DNA from: Eledone cirrhosa
Taxonomy: Eukaryota
NCBI GenBank assembly: GCA_964016885.1
Contig: OZ024741.1
Span: 107,074,001-107,138,000, forward strand
DNA length: 64,000 nt
Direction: 5' to 3'
Of the stretch, positions 60,008-64,000 are shown in pieces. Each line of letters starts with the position of its first letter. The first letter of the stretch is position 1. The position numbers were made by a program, and so were the translations under genes. The notes beneath the pieces are model-generated. The model made no database searches and was not told where the DNA came from. It saw only the letters and a list, made by a program, of their open reading frames with translations.

Positions 60008-60819
60008 AGTCAGGTGATATTGGTCACTGTAATAGTAAGGACATTGAATACGGAACGATGCCAGCATATCCATTTGGATTTTAATTAAGAAAATATAAAC
60101 AACAATAGCAACAACAGTATATAGTAATTACAACGTATACAGTATATTACAAAGTATATAATTACTCATTTACTGTTCACTTTCATGGCATTTGTACATT
60201 ATTCTATGTACGATTCATGCACCTTTGATGAGTTGTAGAGTCCCTGAGTACTGTACACAATAATTTCATTATACATTATATAATGATAAAACCATATACA
60301 TTTGTTATCATGTTAGTTATTGTTAATGGTGTAATTATTATTGTATTATTAAAATGACTAGCAGAAAAACCACCATTCGGGTGGTTTTCTGCTAGTATGT
60401 GTAGTGTGTATATTGATATTATACGCAAGTATATATACATGTAGATATGATACATCAAATATATAATACATAGAAATTGAGCAAAGACTGTGTTGCACTG
60501 TCTTACGTAATCAGTAACGTAATCCATGATACATTAAAAAAAGACGATATTATATATAAACTGCATTAGGAGAAAATTAGTGACAGAAAATTAGTATGTT
60601 TATTTAAGCGATCGCCAACCGGAAGTGTTGACATTTCAGAAATTTTAAACAAGTGAATCTTTAAATAAACAAAATATATTTAATCAATAGCCACGAAATT
60701 TAGTAGATAAATTATGTAATATTCATTCATTATTTATTCAAAGTAATCCAACTTATTTTACTAATGGGATAAAACATTATAAACCGTACGCAGTCCCGCG
60801 CTCCTCCCTTTATTACAGT

Positions 60820-61003
60820 TTAGATAGTTTCGGTAGAGCGTCAGACACCATGCTTGGCAGCATAGAGTTAAGGCTCTTTACGTTCTGGTTGAAATCCTGC
60901 CGAAGTTAACTTTGGCTTTCATCCTTAAGGGATCGATAAAATAAAGCACAAGTAATGCACTGGGGTAATTGCTGGCCTTGTGCTAAAAGTAGAAACAATT
61001 ATT
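60820..61003 (+). mobile_element. tRNA-derived SINE, family 1 (diverged)
   Basis: Matches family 1 through the acaattatt tail. Confidence 0.85.
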
Positions 61004-61037
61004 AAAATGATAAATAGTAAATATGTATATACATATA

Positions 61038-61109
<72 letters not shown>

Positions 61110-61394
61110 CCCCCCCCCCACTCACAAAAGCGTGAAGCTAATAAACTCATATTTGTACTGCCTCTCTGTTTTTGTTCCCATCTAAGATTTAATTACATAT
61201 ATATATATATTATTCCATATATCATTATGTCATTACTTGCATTATATCAATGAATATTTAAAGTTAAATATATCTTTACATATTGTTTAACGTTATATAT
61301 ACTAAATCATGACACATATCACTGTTACCTTGTAACTAACGTAATAACTACTATAGGATTATATACATTTTATATTTTTCCGATAATATATCAT

Positions 61395-61506
<112 letters not shown>

Positions 61507-61588
61507 TTTATCCCGGGTTCAATCGGGAGGGGGGGGTAAGTACAGTAAGTAAGGTACTCAATATATAACAGAGTATAAATATAGAAAT

Positions 61589-61639
61589 GGCTTCTACAGG
61601 ACTAGAATTGTTTCATTCGGGAGAGATCACCAGGAAGCC
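61589..61639 (-). ncRNA. Mutated type I HHR (CTGGTGA core)
   Basis: ggcttc CTGGTGA tctctcccgaat GAAAC a…t GTA gaagcc. Confidence 0.55.
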
Positions 61640-61660
61640 GACTGTACATACATACATCAT

Positions 61661-61711
<51 letters not shown>

Positions 61712-61944
61712 CAAGGTCAAGCAAATAGAGAAAAAGTTTTAAAATAAATTTCAAAAAGTTCACAGTACTTACTATATGTGCCTTTACCGCGGTTTCCTTT
61801 CCCAAAATAAATAGATAATCCAAGCGGAAAATACTTGTACCCCTATGCGTATTATTTACGCGCATATATATATACTTGTACTCCTATGTGTATTATTTAC
61901 GCGCATATATATATATATATACTTGTACCCCTATGTGTATTATA

Positions 61945-62021
<77 letters not shown>

Positions 62022-62370
62022 GTATATATATATATGTAATATTGCTACATAATATAATTCGGTATATATAATCAATATATATGAATCGATCATTACGTCT
62101 ATTAAAAAATTATACACGGTAGATCATATACCTAGGTATGATATTATTACACCTGAATCATTATATACGAAAAGTCATTATATATTCTGTATATTACATT
62201 TAACATAACTTTACATATAACATAAAATATATCAGAATATATAATACCAGGAATATGTTCACGTCAGAAAAGAAATTAAGCGTTGCATGTTATTACACGG
62301 TAATAGTATCAATCACCTGTGTATATATGATCAGGACATATATATATATATAAACAAACACACACATAGG

Positions 62371-62411
<41 letters not shown>

Positions 62412-62431
62412 TTTTATACATTATATGGAAG

Positions 62432-62495
<64 letters not shown>

Positions 62496-62763
62496 TATAT
62501 ATATATTTAATATGCATAAAGGTATAAAGGGCCGGGCGATGCGTCATGTCCTTGAGCAATACACTTTATTTCAGGTTGCTTCTTCTACCGAGATTTGCAG
62601 CCGTTAGATAGTATTAGCAATTGAAAAGACCAATGGAAACATTGTTCCCTTGGTTCGATATGACAAGCTCCATCCTACGCTGGGAACTTGTTGATAGACT
62701 AGATAGGGAGAGAAAGAGTGACAGAGGGAGAGAGAGAGAGATAGAGAGAGAGAGATGTGTATG

Positions 62764-62832
<69 letters not shown>

Positions 62833-62989
62833 ATATATACAAATATAGATATATCTAAGTAAATATATATGTATGTATATATGTATACACAAATAGATTT
62901 AGGGCGGTGCCCCAGTATGGCCTCAGCCGGATGGCTGAAACAGGTAAAAGAGTAAAAGAGTATACACATTCATGTAAATTTATGTATGA

Positions 62990-63041
<52 letters not shown>

Positions 63042-63574
63042 TGTGTCTAAAATTAAAATTAAAATAATTATATATAATTATTTTTATTTATGTTACGATT
63101 ATTACAAAATATTATGTAAGTTTAGACATGGGATACTAAACACTATACTACTATGTACATGTTACCTTCATTAAATATAGAATGATTAGTTAAATAATCA
63201 CACTATATTTGTTGAAGGTAACATGTACCTATGGGCATGTACATATAGGCAGATGCAAACACGATGTTCTGCCACGAGGCAACTTGGGCAAGTGTTTCTA
63301 CTAAATCCTCGGGTTTACTAATTCCTTGAGTGCAGTTTGTGACTCGGTCACTAGAGAAGACCCTCAGATATATGTACGTATATATGTATATATATATATA
63401 TATATATACATGTGTATGTATATATACATACACATGTATATATATATATATATGTATATATATATGTATATATATATATATATAGTAACAAGTTTTAAAA
63501 TATCCAAATACCTAAACTCGGCTCGGGTATTGAGTACTTATTCTCACTTACGCCAAACTCACACACACACACTC

Positions 63575-63630
<56 letters not shown>

Positions 63631-63664
63631 AGAAATCCTTCTATTAATGCTTACCTGTGTTTTC

Positions 63665-63713
<49 letters not shown>

Positions 63714-63765
63714 CACATGTATATTAATATATTCATATTAAACATATATATAATATATATGTATA

Positions 63766-63807
<42 letters not shown>

Positions 63808-63844
63808 CATGTATATAAATATATTCATGTTATGTATATATACA

Positions 63845-63916
<72 letters not shown>

Positions 63917-63944
63917 CATGTACATATATGCACACACACACATT

Positions 63945-63975
<31 letters not shown>

Positions 63976-64000
63976 GTACATTTGCCGCATGTTGATATTT

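Overview
AT-rich eukaryotic (animal) genomic DNA dense in (TA)n, (CA)n, (TATG)n and (TCTA)n microsatellites. The repeat content (tRNA-derived SINEs, TTAGGG units) suggests a mollusc, probably a coleoid cephalopod such as Octopus; this is inference. Only one host-gene piece is visible: a probable first coding exon (44932-45244) with an eh1-like motif (FSVENIL) and a canonical GTAAGT donor, typical of homeobox or other developmental repressors. The rest is mobile-element debris: a near full-length decayed L1/Tx1-type LINE with a second truncated copy in its (CTAT)n tail, RTE, CRE, R4/Dong and CR1-like fragments, more than a dozen SINE copies, non-autonomous Helitrons and a mariner-like MITE. The most striking signal is a set of unrelated non-coding repeat families embedded in (TA)n tracts. 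They carry type I hammerhead-ribozyme (HHR) motifs (CTGAnGA...GAAA..NUH) and often occur as fold-back or partially tandem copies, as Penelope-like pLTRs and retrozymes do. One locus (22031-23160) has two same-strand HHRs exactly 530 nt apart plus an inverted third copy, making it a circular-RNA retrozyme candidate. All calls were made by eye with no database search, and ends of decayed elements are approximate.
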